A stretch of DNA of 64,000 nucleotides from Hydrolagus colliei. Taxonomy: Eukaryota. The stretch is taken from assembly GCA_035084275.1 (NCBI GenBank), contig CM068750.1, positions 8,060,001 to 8,124,000 on the forward strand. Direction: 5' to 3'. Under the pieces are notes generated by a model. That model ran no database searches. It was not told the DNA's origin and saw only the letters and a program-made list of their open reading frames with translations. Below, one piece after another: positions 25,416-39,041 of the stretch. A program made the translations under genes and the position numbers. Each line of letters opens with the position of its first letter. The stretch's first letter is position 1.

Positions 25416-28400
25416 ATAGGCTGAGATCAGAAATTGAACCTTGTGGAGACTTTAATTAACCAGCATTTTTTATTTCCCAATCAATGTTCGCCGACCCTTC
25501 TGGGAGATTGTGGGCACTTTGTTACATTAGCAAATTTAACAAGTGAAATGAATCCTTACTCAATTAGAAGCCATGCGATCAAACCTAGGAATTGCAAAGA
25601 ATAATATCCATCTCAACTAAGAAAAACAGTAAGGCCATTGTTTGTCTAGTCCAGGTTTAATATATTAAGAGAATTTGGAGAAAACCTCTGTCTGTTCAAT
25701 TCATTTATCAATTTTATTTTGTTGGATAAATGGTTTTTATATCTGGGCACTGGCTTGTTCATGGCATTGAATTCATTCCTCCCACACACCCATTCCCATG
25801 CTCCCCAATTTTAAATGTTTCCTCCCTCATTCTGCTGAAATTCATAGAGATTATATTCTGTGCTTTACCCAGCGAGGAATCGATTTTACAGTCAAATATT
25901 TGTGCAGGCAAAGTCGTAAAACGTTTTTTTTAAAGAAAACATATGAAACAACAGGTTGTTCTCATTAACATTACCTTCCCCACTCTTTGGCCATGAGAGA
26001 GGTTAATTGTTGCTAACTAAAAATGTAAGCAGAAGTCATTTTACAAAGGCTAGATCAATAGTGTTTTATTTCTAACCTAATTTACAGAGGATTTATGTCC
26101 TGTGGACACAAGACAAGTGACTAGAGAAACCTTATTTACTGCTTATTTCATTAAAACTAGGCTAATGACTGGTGTGAAATCTAAGTTATCTGAAAGGTGT
26201 CTGCCTTCAGCTTCTAGGAACAATGTGCATCCCAGCTCATCACAGACTTTACTGTAAAATGAATTGAATCTTGTGGGCCAAATTGTACTGACTGTCCCCA
26301 ATAGCAAGGTTCCTCTGTACCTCTGAGTAATAGTAAACATCCACAGTAGCATACCATGAGGATCAACCTTGAATGTGGATCAACATGTGCAGTTTGTCAA
26401 CTATCTGAAAAGATTATATTTTGTCTGTGATGTTCAGTGTCCATTTGTACCAGATTTGCAGTACCTATCATGAATTATTTCAACATTTGAGTGATTTGAT
26501 ATCATTTTTTTGTGTGTATTTGTACACTGAGCCAAACCAAGACTGAAAAGAATGAACTACTTTCTCTCCAAGGACTCGCAGAGTCTTTAGTTCCAGTCAC
26601 GGATGTTTGCATTTGCATGTAAATCAGCTGTGCTATCTACCTTAAACTAGACATCTGATAAAAGCTTAAAGGAGAAAGCAAATGACAACATTCATACAGA
26701 TCCGGGTTCCAAAGATAAGGATCCTATCACACAACAACTCAGGATCTCAGGATGTTGTAAATTTTGTTTAGGGATTTGCTGCCTGCATGATTTGCTGCCT
26801 GGGTGAATGCGGATTTGAAACAAGAGATAAGAAAATGAAAGTCTGCAATATACCAATATTCTTTATTAACTGCACCATTGAATTATTACAAATACTGTGT
26901 TTCATCAACCAGCTGGTGAGGGTAATTGAACCTGTATAATTTATATAAAGATTAGGACTCCTAAAAGAGGAACTTTAATTTGAATATCTTTAGGAAATGA
27001 TCTATTCAGATTACCAAAAATATTCCAAGCTTTAGTCAGTTGTAATCTCTTCATCAGAAGGCTTCCCTGCCAAGTACAGTATGTTGAACTTGACGGATTC
27101 AGTGATGCAATGGATTTATTCTGTGTCTCTCCAACGGAGACCTCAGGCATCAAAATATCCCTTCTGCTTTGGGATTTGGGTTCAAATACTAATTGTCCAT
27201 TGTATTCTTGGAAAATGCCTTTTCAATTTTTGTGTGAAAGTATTTCACAGGATGGCACATCCCATTTGCATTAAGTGAGATTTGTTGAAGCATGCTGAGA
27301 GGCTTTCGTGAAGGAAAATTGGGAAGCTCGGTGGCAAAATGTTTCCCAAAGGTACTATATACAACACATTGTAAAATGTTTGTAGTTCTGATTTTTAAAA
27401 AAATATTGTTTTATCGAGTGGACATGAAAGAGGCAAACTTTCAAGGAGAGTGTCTTAGATCCAAATAGACTGGTAGTTGGACTCTCATCGGCACAAGTAG
27501 GTTTGTGTGCTGTTGCCAGGACAACAGTGCATTTCAATTGCACATGAGCATATGAGAATTGAACAGAGTTTCATGGATTCTGTAGAAAGGTCAGGATGAC
27601 TCCCACCCATCTCAGAAGACACTTTGGGGCAGAACCTGCTTTGAATGGTTCTCTGCTGCCAACGACTACCAAGATCCAATGTCACAAATTGCATTAAAAT
27701 GCATCACCGTGTAACTAAAGTGTCATCACCTCACTTGTTCATGATTCCATTGCAATTAAAATATGTTGCCGACTGCACTTGTTGTTGTCAGGCTCAAACA
27801 ACAAAATTGTAACTTGGAAATGTGGGCACAGTGCAGCAGAGATATATTTCTTACAGTTTTTACTGTGAACTAATATTTAGAATAGTGGCTAATGATAATG
27901 TGTGTGATATGTGTATGAACCAATTGTAATTGTAGGCTATTCAGGTGTAGGTATTCAGTCCCTAGAGTGTTCCGTCATTTTATAAGGCCTCAAGTCCAGT
28001 TACCCGCCTCTTCCCCCATATCCCTTAATACCCTGACCTAGCTCCTGACCTTTTGTTTAGTTTGGAGTCCAGTTGCTGACCTCAATTGCACATTTTCTTC
28101 TGTGAGCCATCCATGCTGTCACTGGCATCCCTTTCTTTGCAGTCCCAGAATGTTGCTGAGACTCCAAATTCCCCTTTTGCCATTCATCTTACTTGGGAAT
28201 AATATGTCACATTATTTTTCACTTACTATCATTTTATTAATGATTGTGTTAATTACTCCACTATTCAGATAATGAAATCACTTTCATTCTGTCCCATAAT
28301 AAACTGCTTGCCAGAGCTTCTTAGATCACCATGCTGATTACTGGAGCTTTTTGTTAAGCGAACCAGAATTTTTTTCTTCTCCAGTGTAACATTATCAAGC

Positions 28401-28879
28401 ATAATTAATTTATAACATCATGGAATGTGATGCCTATCGGGAAACAATTACAGGGGAAGGATGACTTCTGTTGGCTGTTATATCTATCTGTAAAATTGGT
28501 CATGTGGACTGTTCCATAATTACTCGCTGTGAAACCGGCTTAAAGAAACAAATACTGCTGTTATAGATCTGCCATTGCTATGAGATTTATGCAATAGGCA
28601 GACGTTTTCAGTATCACAGTTCTGTTTTACTCTTGGAGAGCTCCCAGTTCAGATGTATCAAGGTAACAAGTTGAGTCAAGGCACTTTCTGACAAAGAAAG
28701 AGAAACATTATCAAAGCAGGGTGAATGGGAAGGATTAATCCGGATGATTCCCATACACCAACTGAGTTTATTCTTAACCACCCCAGCTGAAATGCTGAAA
28801 ACATTTCAAGCAACGTAGGATGTGCTGATATGCTTGAGGATTAAATTGAACCACTGCAGATCAAACTGCAGACTGTAAT

Positions 28880-29175
28880 TTCCAGCAAAGGCTTCACTAC
28901 TCAGTCTGCTTCATGCCTTGCCCGCCACACTAGCCTTCAGCAACTCTGCCCCCACTCTCTGGAACTCCATTCCACAATCCTTCTGCCTCATCCCCCCTCC
29001 TTTGCCTCCACCAAGGCCCATCTCAAGAGCCTCCTCATCAACTGCACCTTTTATTACCCTCCTTTTTCCCCCCTCCAGCCTCACCCAGCTCGGGTAAGAA
29101 ATACTGATTATCTACACTTTGGGACATCCTCCCAACGTGAAAGGCATTCTACAAATGGAATTTTGTTGCTTGTTG
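28880..29175 (+). mobile_element. L2 3' end fragment
   Basis: gccttcagcaactctgcccccactctctggaactccattccacaatcc...tgggacatcctcccaacgtgaaaggc, matching the 3' end of the 22.9-24.0 kb L2. Confidence 0.85.
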
Positions 29176-31171
29176 TATTTATCCAGTTCCCTCTTAAAGG
29201 TGCCAATTGACATAGGATTAATTACTCTGGGTTGGTCGTCTGTCAGAGAAAAGAGAGTTTATTTCTATTGTATCATCTCATTTGTAATGCGAATCTTCTG
29301 TCGGTTGTTCTAGAGTGGAAACATTAAGCATAGTAGTGTCATGTGCACTACGACTGCTGCCAGCAATAAGCTGTTCAGCACAGACTGTTTAAGGAACCCT
29401 GCTGTCAGAAAGAATCTACAAATCTGCATGAGACCCTGGCTTGGATTGTCTGATTACTTTATGTCTGAAAAGGGACTTGCTAGAGTTGAGCTGTTATGAA
29501 AAATAATTGTCATTTGAAACATCTAAAGTTAGTTTGATAGTTCTCTCATAACTTCTCAATTGATAGGAATACCTTTTCCTTCTTTTTTTGGTGTTAAATC
29601 TGCTGCAAGCGTTTTAAAAACTTGTATTGAATCGGGCACCTCACAAACCGAAGTAAAAGGAACTGCTCGACTGAAACTTCCACTGCAATTCTATATCTTG
29701 ATTGGATTGCTACAATAGTTTGTTTGCCTTGACCTAATAAACATGTCTTTGGATACATCTGTTGCTGTTAAGATATCGACATGCAGTTTCACATAGGATT
29801 GACACACTGGAGAATATCAATAATCCACAATGTTTGCAATGTTTGGTATTTTTTTAAAAAGCGGGAGGCTGAAAAGCAGGGGATTTGTTTTGGTCAGCCG
29901 GACGTTTGACAAATGTGAAAACCTATCAGCAGGCTTAAGAGTATCCAAACCAGATTGACAGTTTCACATCTGAACGTCATCTGTGCACCAAAATTCTCCT
30001 TTCTCTGTGCACTACCTTGCCGAAGCTCAGTTAGAGAGGGTGGGAGGAGTTGATATATGAAGCATTAACTGGAAAACGAAGGATTTCCTTTGGTATTCTG
30101 GCTATGAAGTAAAGAAGTGCTCACTTGGGTATTTTACAGCATGGTGTGATTTTGTGCCATAACTTATTGAGGTCAGAATAAATTGTAGTAGTGAAAAGCT
30201 GGCTGGCCCTGCCTGCATCAACACTGCTCACCTACTTGCACAGTAATCTGTTAGCATCCTTCGATTTGTTCTGTTATTTAGCATCCACAGGTGTGGCTAC
30301 TGGACATGTTCCAATCATTCAGCTTTACAAAGACCGGCGAGGCTGAGGGAATGCAACACAACACAAGCAACACAAATTTGAATGTGTAATGTTTTATTGC
30401 TTTTAAGGTTATTTTTCACAGTGAATCAGGATTCTTTCAGGAGGAGTGTGAAAGCAATTATAATCTTTCACACACACTACCCTACCCCCATTTTATACCG
30501 TATTTAGTCTTCTGATTCTGTGTAAGAAGAGCTTCTAAACAGATGGAAGACACAAGGACATTCTTTTCCCCACCTTCTAATATTTCCTGAAGATCTGTCA
30601 GTTCAAAAATGACGTACGATAATCGTAATAAATAGTTTTATCATAATAGAATGATGTCTTATCAAAATAATTGCAACTTTGATTGATGGTTGATAGAAAT
30701 TTATCAGCCCTCATGGCTTGACTACTTTTACATGCATGCTGATGTTACTTTAGTGTCTTGGCAAGTTGTGGAGGAGTTATAAGCATGCTTCAGAATTTCA
30801 GAGAGAAGGTTATCTTCTTCATCGGCTTTTGGATACAGTTATTATCAGTGCAGAACAATGCTGAAAACATTCTGAAACCCTACGTCTTGGGTTCTTCGGA
30901 TAGATACCTTGTTTGTGTTCAAGGTGAACAGGTCCACCGGGAAGCCAAAGCCACTATTATCAACATGATACTGGGAAGTACGTCTTACAGTATTTTCTGT
31001 GAAGCATTTTGAAACTAGAAGATGTGAAAAGCGCTATATCAAATGCAATAACTATTATTATTACATTATAGAAAGATGACAAGCTGCTTTCATTCCCTCT
31101 GCGAAGGTTCAAGGAAAGCTGAATCCTTTCCCTCCGATGGAGCTTCTATCACTGACCATCCCTACCCAATA

Positions 31172-31460
31172 CTCTGTAGCTCAGTGGATAGAGCACTCGT
31201 GAACTTCAAACGACCTGTGTTCAATTCCAGGCAGGTCAGGGTGAAACCATGGGCAAGTTTACTTACCCCACAAGCCTAATAATAATCCCTTCAAAAAACA
31301 GTAATAAATTGGTCATATGACTGTTTGTGGAACACTGCTGTGTACAATTGGCTGCTGTGTTTTGCCCACAAATAGACAGTTTACAATATATTCTGTGAGG
31401 CGCTTTGAGAAGTCTAGAAAACGTGAAAAGCAGTATATCAAATGCAAGGATTTTTCTTAT
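31172..31460 (+). mobile_element. Full-length tRNA-SINE; additional tail fragments at ~30983-31062 (+) and ~31735-31845 (-)
   Basis: A-box-like tagctcagtgg, B-box-like gttcaattcc, family body and tail. Confidence 0.88.
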
Positions 31461-34067
31461 TAACTCTCTATTGAGGATTTGAGGCAACACACTGTGTTTT
31501 ATAGCTCCCCAAACCACCACCCGTTGCCTCCACTTGACTGGCACTGGCCTCCTGCTCGTCCCTCACACCCTCCGCCCCACCAAACCACCCCACCCAGATC
31601 AGAGTTAAGCTGCGCTAGTTTGAGCATTCAAAGACACTACTCTGCATGGAGTGCACTGTATAACTGTGAGTTGTCGTTGTATTTGCAATATAATTGCAAG
31701 TTGTTGGTATTAGTATTGTTTTAATCATCCATAATAAATAATAATCCTTGCATTTGATGTAGCGCTTTTCACGTCTTCTCGACATCTCTAAGCGCTTCAT
31801 AGAATATACTGTAAAGTGAATTGATTTGCATATTTGTGGACGAAATCTGCAGGTTCATGTGTAACTTTGCGAATGCACACACCTGGAATTTTGTGTACAG
31901 GCGTGAGAAAGTAATGAAAATTATTTGGGTAGAAAGAGAGAGAGAGAGAAGGAAAGTCGGGCAAATAGACAACAATTACTTTAGTGCTTCAATATAATGC
32001 ATGCCTGCATCAATCGTAAATTTAGAGTTTCCTTCCTTGTTACTTCTGTGAATTGCCTTTTGTAACTTTCTGTTCAGGGAACAGCTTACACCCTCAGTCA
32101 GTGTGATGCTGATAGAACATATATGTATCAATTTGAACTCTGCACTTTGCCCTGGAAATTTGAATGCTTCTGACTCCACAAACCATGATCAGTAATAAGA
32201 CTAATAACAATCTATTCTTGAGTTTGCTTTGGCACATACTTAAATTTCACAGTCCAATTGCCATATACTTACAAAAAACATGCCTCAGCTAGCAACACCC
32301 ATGTACAGTAATGTGTTTTGGACAAACTGTGAGAATTGTGTTTTGAACGGTTTATAAGGCAGAGATGTTACAGTGAAATTGTACATGGGTCATAAATGTA
32401 ACCTTTGCCAGAGAGAGTTCAAGCAGCATTTTGAATGTAGCTACACAGGAAGTAGTGGAAACCTTTTTGCTGGCACGATTAGCACCACACTTCCTTTAGA
32501 CACGATAGGCTGAAGACTGGAGCTCTTTGAGAAAAGCTTACTGAGGTAAGCTATTGCCAGTGAATCAAATAAAAAGATATATTTTTGTATGCTGAAATAC
32601 TTTGAATGTTCTGATAAATATTATGAATGGGAAGGCACGTGGTATCTAATCTGTAGTGCCGATAAATTGAGCTCAAGGTTTACGTTAGTTTTTTTTTGCC
32701 CCTGCGTGTTCAGTCTGTCTGTCATCCTACTGAGTAACGTTTCACTTCTCCAAATCGTAAACTATAAAGACTCGTTGAATTGCGAAAGGAAACCAGAACT
32801 ACAAGACTCGATAGGAGTTGTACTTGATGGTTTGGACACATTCTCTGAAGCCATGAGAGAAAATGGAACCTTTTACTGACTGATCCATTGTGTACTGGAG
32901 CTTTTTGTAATACCTCGTGCGGTATTCAGTTCAACCCTGATGGCTGAAGGAACAGAAGAATGATCCAAACCAGAATAATTCTCTGAAGTGTGATGCACAG
33001 AACCAGTTGTTTTCTAAAAGCAGCTTAACAGCAGGTGTCCAAATCCAATCTGTTTTTAAAGTGACTTTCTAAGCAGCAGTTTGCAAAATGATTTGGATTA
33101 ATCAGGTCTGCTCCAAACTGCACCATTTGCTGTCAGTGTCGCTTTAATGCTTCCTGTTGATTTCCACATTCATTTTAAACAGCATTACTCAGGAGTATAG
33201 TAGATTTAATAGATTAAAACATTGAGTGCAATTTCGAGCCTTCGAGTGGGGAAATGGATTATGTCCAGAGACACTTGTGCGGCATAAAACAATATTTGTA
33301 GAGAGGCTGTATTAGAGATCTAGTGTTTATGCGATCGATTCTCAAATTGATAGATGTGGAAATGTCTTAGATCAGTAAAGAATGTTACCATCAGTCATGT
33401 TGCCCATCCTGAGTTTGACAAGACATTGCACAATTGGTCTATTATTGCTGTAGAAACATTCCTAGAATTTTCAGTGCCAAAATTGCATTATCTCCCTTTA
33501 ACAGATATGCTTTTTTGTAGCTGAGGGAAGATGTGCTTACTGAAGCTTGGGGTTTCTTAGCCTTTCATTCTCTCTCTCTCACACACATGCTTGTTTGCCC
33601 AGGAAACTGCTGCTTCAAAGCACCCACAGATATGGATTGTGGTCAAACCTTCTAATTTGACTTTATCCAAAGCAGCAATGAGGGGTAATTTAACAAAATA
33701 TTCATTTAATTCCTTTAGAAACTGACAAAAAAAAAGGTCAGATTGATGAGTTTCTTCTTATATAATATAGCTTCTTAAATAAATAACTTGAGCTAATTTT
33801 CCATGTGGGCTCTTTTATAGGACGTGTAGAAATAACAGAATAAATTAGGAGTGCCAGAAGCCAAGCCCAGTAATCTCTCCAAGGTGTTGTACTGAGTTCT
33901 GACATACAGTATTGTTCAAAAGTTTGTTGCCCAGCCAGCAGGCAGTCATTTTACATTATAATAATCATTGCATCACTGAACGCAGAGATTTTCCAGACTC
34001 AGAATTGTACGGGACAAATTCAAGAATTCTGCTCATGTAGAGCAATAATTGTATATAATAATAAGAA

Positions 34068-34225
34068 AAATAATCCTTGCATTTGATATGGCGTCTTATC
34101 ATGGCTTCAAGATGTCTGAAAGAGCTTCACAGAATATACTATAAATTAAATTGACTGTATATTTTGTGGGTGAAACGTGGCAGCCAATTGTGCTCAGCAG
34201 TGTCCAACAGTCGTGGATTGAAGAG
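34068..34225 (-). mobile_element. SINE 3' half
   Basis: taatccttgcatttgatat...cttcacagaatatact...cagccaattgtgctcagcagtgtcc is the reverse complement of the family tail and body. Confidence 0.85.
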
Positions 34226-35994
34226 ACCAATATTCTCAGGAGTCTATCCTGATACACCATTTAAAGATATAGGCTTTCAGCAACAAGATCAATATTTTTT
34301 GATTCCGGAGCCTAGAAGCATCTTACCTCCAGGTCAGCTGGGTGATAATCTGAAAACATTTATTTCATCCTTTCAAAAACTTACTGAAAGTTTGCACAAT
34401 TAGAGCTGTGGTAGACATCATCTTAGATTTTATTACCTGTTCACTCTGTTACTGATGGTCTTAACTAAATCTAATTACCGGTAACTGTATTTTTATTTGC
34501 CAGATCTTTCATCATGTAAACTCCGCCATAATTGAAAGTTTTTTTTAGAAGGACTTGACCGATCCAAGGGCATAAAGTTGTCGAGATGGAATGTGGAGTA
34601 TTGATGAAATGCAAAATTGAACTAACCAGAGCAAAACAAACCTGCACTTAGCAGAGTCTGGGGAAGTTGTTTTGACAAGCAATGAGAAGTGTCAAAAGAG
34701 TACAGGTGTGCGTTTGACCATGCTTAGTCTATGGGCTAGTAAACAACCCATATTTTAGGTAGTTCATTACCAGAATTGCACATTTGGAATTGTAATGATA
34801 AACTAGAGTTGAAGGGATTCCTCTTGTGTGTAGGATTGTTTCATTATGGCAATGAAGATGAATGGTGGAGTGATTGTGTTCGAAGTACTTATGATGCTTT
34901 TAAGTGCTTGATGCATTGCACTGTATACTGCTTTGGGGAAGATGGGAATGCAAAGTAATTAAAGTAACCATTGCTCGCGCTGATAGTGAGGTGGTGGCAG
35001 AGCTATAGCCTCTCCCTACCTGCAGCACAGCCCTTGTTAGTGATCACAAGAGAAATACTTCCTATTAAAGCATCAATTGGCTAGCTCAAGGCTGAAAAGC
35101 TAACAGATCACTTCTGTATCTCCTTACAATAAAAAAAACTTAATCGCAAATATTAGGAGGAAATGACTATGTGAATAGTGTTGTCGATTTTGAATAAGAC
35201 TGAACAAAGTAATAGAAGCAAAATTAGTGTTGTTTCTGGTATAATGACTCTACGTTTTATCTGTTTCCTTCTGGGAAGGCGTCTTGTAATATCCCCACAA
35301 ATTCACTAGCTGATGACAAAGAAATAACACGGAGTAACCTCATGCCCTTCCATTCCGTTGTGTTATAATGGTCTGTAAAAGCATTGCCCAGCAGTTGCCT
35401 GGCTCTCGATTATCAATGAATCACAAACCCTATTGCAGAACTTGAGTGCCTTTTATAGACACACTTATCAGACGGATTGCTAGGCCTGATCAATCGGAAT
35501 GTACTCGAGTACATTCAACTCAGTTATACTCGAGTACAACCTTTGATGACTGCTGAAGACAGACTGTTCCCCACAATTCCATTCCATAGGTTTTTTGGGA
35601 GATGTGGGGAATTGCATCTGACCCCGACTGAACTTGGGAGGTCATTACAGGGATAGGAATCTATCCGCTTCTGATATTAATACAGCTTAGCACTTGCAGC
35701 AGTGAGTAATTATTTCCGATTCCACTAGATACGGCCGAATGTTACTACTCCATTCAGAAACGTTTTGTTAAAACGGACAACGAATAGCATTTGCAGAAAT
35801 AGTAAATTATCACGCAATCATTTTCGAACCCAGCTGTCAAACAAGCATTCATACTGAAATGCTGCTGCAGATGAAATCATTTTTAAAGGAAAAATATTCA
35901 CCTTTTATTTAGGAAGTGAAGCATCACAACAGTGGCATATCACAACATTTAAAAAATGATCCAACAGCAACTTGTATTTATATTATACAGATAT

Positions 35995-36330
35995 TTGAAA
36001 GAGGACCTTATAGAGATGCTTAAAATTATAAAATGGTTCAATAAGGTTGGCACGAATAGGCTATTCCCACTAATTGGAGAGTCCATAACCAAGGACACAT
36101 TATATGATTGCTACTCGGGGATTTAATCTAAACAAGGATTTGGGAGGAACTGTCTTCATGCGGAGAGAGGTTAATAAAAATGTGGAACTTGTTGCCCGAA
36201 TTTCAATCAGATACTATAGAGGCATTGAAGAGTATTTTAGATTCATGCATGGAGAATAAGGGAGTAGAAGGATAAGGAAGAGAGTAAAGAGTGGGTGGAG
36301 AATCATTTGAACTGCCACTGGGTGTGGCTG
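35995..36330 (+). mobile_element. CR1 LINE 3' fragment, degenerate
   Basis: gaggaccttatagagatgcttaaaattata...ctattcccacta...gagtccataaccaaggacac resembles the CR1 ORF2 C-terminus (DLIE..KI....LFPL.GES.T.GH). Boundaries approximate. Confidence 0.7.
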
Positions 36331-37647
36331 CCTGTTTTACAATAACTTTATATAGCTTGCTTCATACATAAAGTATCTAGACATGTTCTGAATCAAAACT
36401 CTTCACTTTGGGATTGAGTCCTATGTCTTTCTGTTGTCAAACTTAATGTAGTCAGAGCTGAGGTAGCATCTCAAGGCTTTGATTCCCATCTTTTTCTCCA
36501 GTGTGGGTAAGAGGAGAATTGCTGTCAATTAGTTAATGAAGTAGTACATTAGCTAGGTTCGACAAATGTGGCACAATTAAAGCAATGTGTATCGCTGCTT
36601 TACCCAGTTTCTGAAAGCTTTAAGTACTGTTTGTAAAGGGAGTGGTGGGTTTTTATTACTGTAGTTATGTTTACTTGCAACTCAAATCATTAAATATAGC
36701 TGGCATATTGATTGATGTTAGTTTTTTTAAAAATCTGGTTTTCATTGCTGCAACAGTGGGCGGTTTGTAGAGATATCTTTTTTGTTTTACATTTCTATTC
36801 TTATGTTTGTTGTCAGGTATGTGACGTTTCTGGCGCTAAAGTGGCTAATACCATTTCCTGTGTCATAAAATTTTAGTTTCACATTCAAAGTACAAAAAGA
36901 ATTGTTGACCTGGCAACTGTTGCATTGCACAGATCAAGACAAATTGCTGCTGGATTTTTCAGCAATAGCGTCTGTTATCGTTGTCATCGTTCAACCTCTG
37001 TTAAGTAGTGCAATTAAGAGTACTGCGTCACCATCAGACCTTCCCAACAGACATTCCTTGCATGTGTGCAAGAGTTGCCTAATTCTGATTTTGTCGATTG
37101 CATCATAAATTCAGCACAACTTAGTTTGTCTTCAGCTTGAATGAACCGGAAGGAAAATATATATTTTACCATTCAAAGATCTCAGCAGAATTTGATACAG
37201 AGGTGACTTTTTTCTAGATAAAAATTCCTTTGAGAAGTTTGACTGTTATTCAAAGATGTGTGAACTCAACCACCCTTTGTAACTTGATGCATGCCATACG
37301 ATTATAGGATTATATTGCAAATGGTTGAGATATTTCCAGTAGTTAAGCGAACAATGTTGTGGTTTACAGAGAGCAAACTATTGATTGCAGCGTGCTTCAC
37401 TGGAATAGTACTCTGGATAGTACTCAATAGAAAACCTGTGCATTTTAGACGCTGTAGAGGCTTTTCAGATTCTGATGTTCAATGTACCTCATACCAGTAA
37501 CTTGAAGAAGCAGAGAGTCGTATGAAACACGGAGCTTAAAGGGGCATTGTCTTCATAAAAAGGGGGGGGAAAGAAAACGTTAAAGAAGTAGGAACTTGAA
37601 AAGAACTTTAGGAACTTGGGGGAAAAGTGTGAAATCAGGCAGTGCTT

Positions 37648-37730
37648 AAATTTATCTTAAATTTGTGGTTACTGACCCACCCGCCAGTGGAAACAGTTTC
37701 TCTCTGTTCACTCTATGAAATCCCCTCTTT
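37648..37730 (-). mobile_element. Short CR1 internal fragment
   Basis: ttactgacccacccgccagtggaaacagtttctctctgttcactctatgaaatcccctc matches ~15410-15468 of the CR1 copy. Confidence 0.6.
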
Positions 37731-37914
37731 ATTTAGACGCAAGTTGAAAGACTCTTTAACATGTTTCTTGAAATACCCTTTAACAAAACAGAATTGATTT
37801 TGCGTCAGGAGTAAGTCCCAAGGCGCTGAATCATAGAATCTTCTCTGTAATCTTCTTTGCTCTCATCTCCTTGTCCTCATTCAGACTGTCCCCTTCCTCT
37901 TGCAGAACCTTCCA

Positions 37915-38145
37915 CTCCTTTGAGCACCATTCCGCAGTCCCTCCATCTCACCCCCTCTCTAGCCTCCTTCACTTCCCACCACAAGACCCTCCTCTTCGAC
38001 AGTCCCATCGGTCATCCCAAATCCCCCCCTTTCTCCGCACCTTCCCCATTCCCGACCCCAACTCGGGTCCGAAACATTGACTGTCCAGCGACATTGGGAC
38101 GTCCCTTCTGCCATGCTTTACGACTGTAATTTTGTTATTGTTGTT
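37915..38145 (+). mobile_element. L2 3' end fragment
   Basis: ccattccgcagtccctccatctc...aagaccctcctcttcgac...gacccaactcgggtc...ttgggacgtcc. Confidence 0.82.
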
Positions 38146-38211
38146 ATCCTCTACCGTCCTCTTTGTTTATCATCCCCTCAAACCCTTCCCCACTTCCCTT
38201 GAGGGCATGTG

Positions 38212-38520
38212 GAGTCCTCTAGCTCAGTGTTTAGAGAACTTGCATTGCAAATGGGATATCTGCGTTGGATTCACAGCAGGGCGCAATCTTGAGAAAGTTT
38301 CTTTACTCCACATTTCTGATAATAATAATCCCCCCAAAAAAAACAATAATAATTTGGTCACTCAATCCATGACTGTTTATGCGACACTGCTGTGTGCGAT
38401 TAGCTGCCGTGTTCCCTCCACAAATATCAGTCAATTCACTTTACAGTATATTCTGTGAAGCGCTTTGAGACATCGAGAAGATGTGAAAAGCACTATATCA
38501 AATGCAAGGATTATTATAAT
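38212..38520 (+). mobile_element. Full-length tRNA-SINE
   Basis: gagtcctctagctcagtgtttagag head through atcaaatgcaaggattattat tail. Confidence 0.9.
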
Positions 38521-39041
38521 TCCAATGCGTTGTCTGAGCGAATTGACCATCTGGTGAACACAAATTGTCTTCACATAAAATTTTGGCTTTTGGTCAGCCA
38601 GGTGTCTGGCACATGTGGAAACCCATCAGCTCAATCATATCCAAATCAAACTGAGAGACCCATGCATCTCACCTATACATAGAAATTCCAGAGATATCTA
38701 ATCTCTATTTAATAGGAGTTAAATAACTATTTTTATAATCAAATACATGCTTTGTCTTCATGAATGTCAAGCATATTTAACCAGATGATATAGCTTTGAC
38801 TGATTCATAGTAATTGCTAAAGAAAATTGATGAAACCAGTGCAAATCGAGATGCTTAATTTGAGCAGTTCTTCAGAAGGCGAATGGCAACATCACAGGGG
38901 AAGTGTACTGGAGGCCAATTTAATGCATCGGATTAAGTACTACTCCAGTGAGTTATGGGGTCATTTTCAAAATGAATGTGTTGGAACAATCTTTTATGGA
39001 TTTAAAAAAATCTGCCTTTTGACAATAATTAAGTAAGCTTT

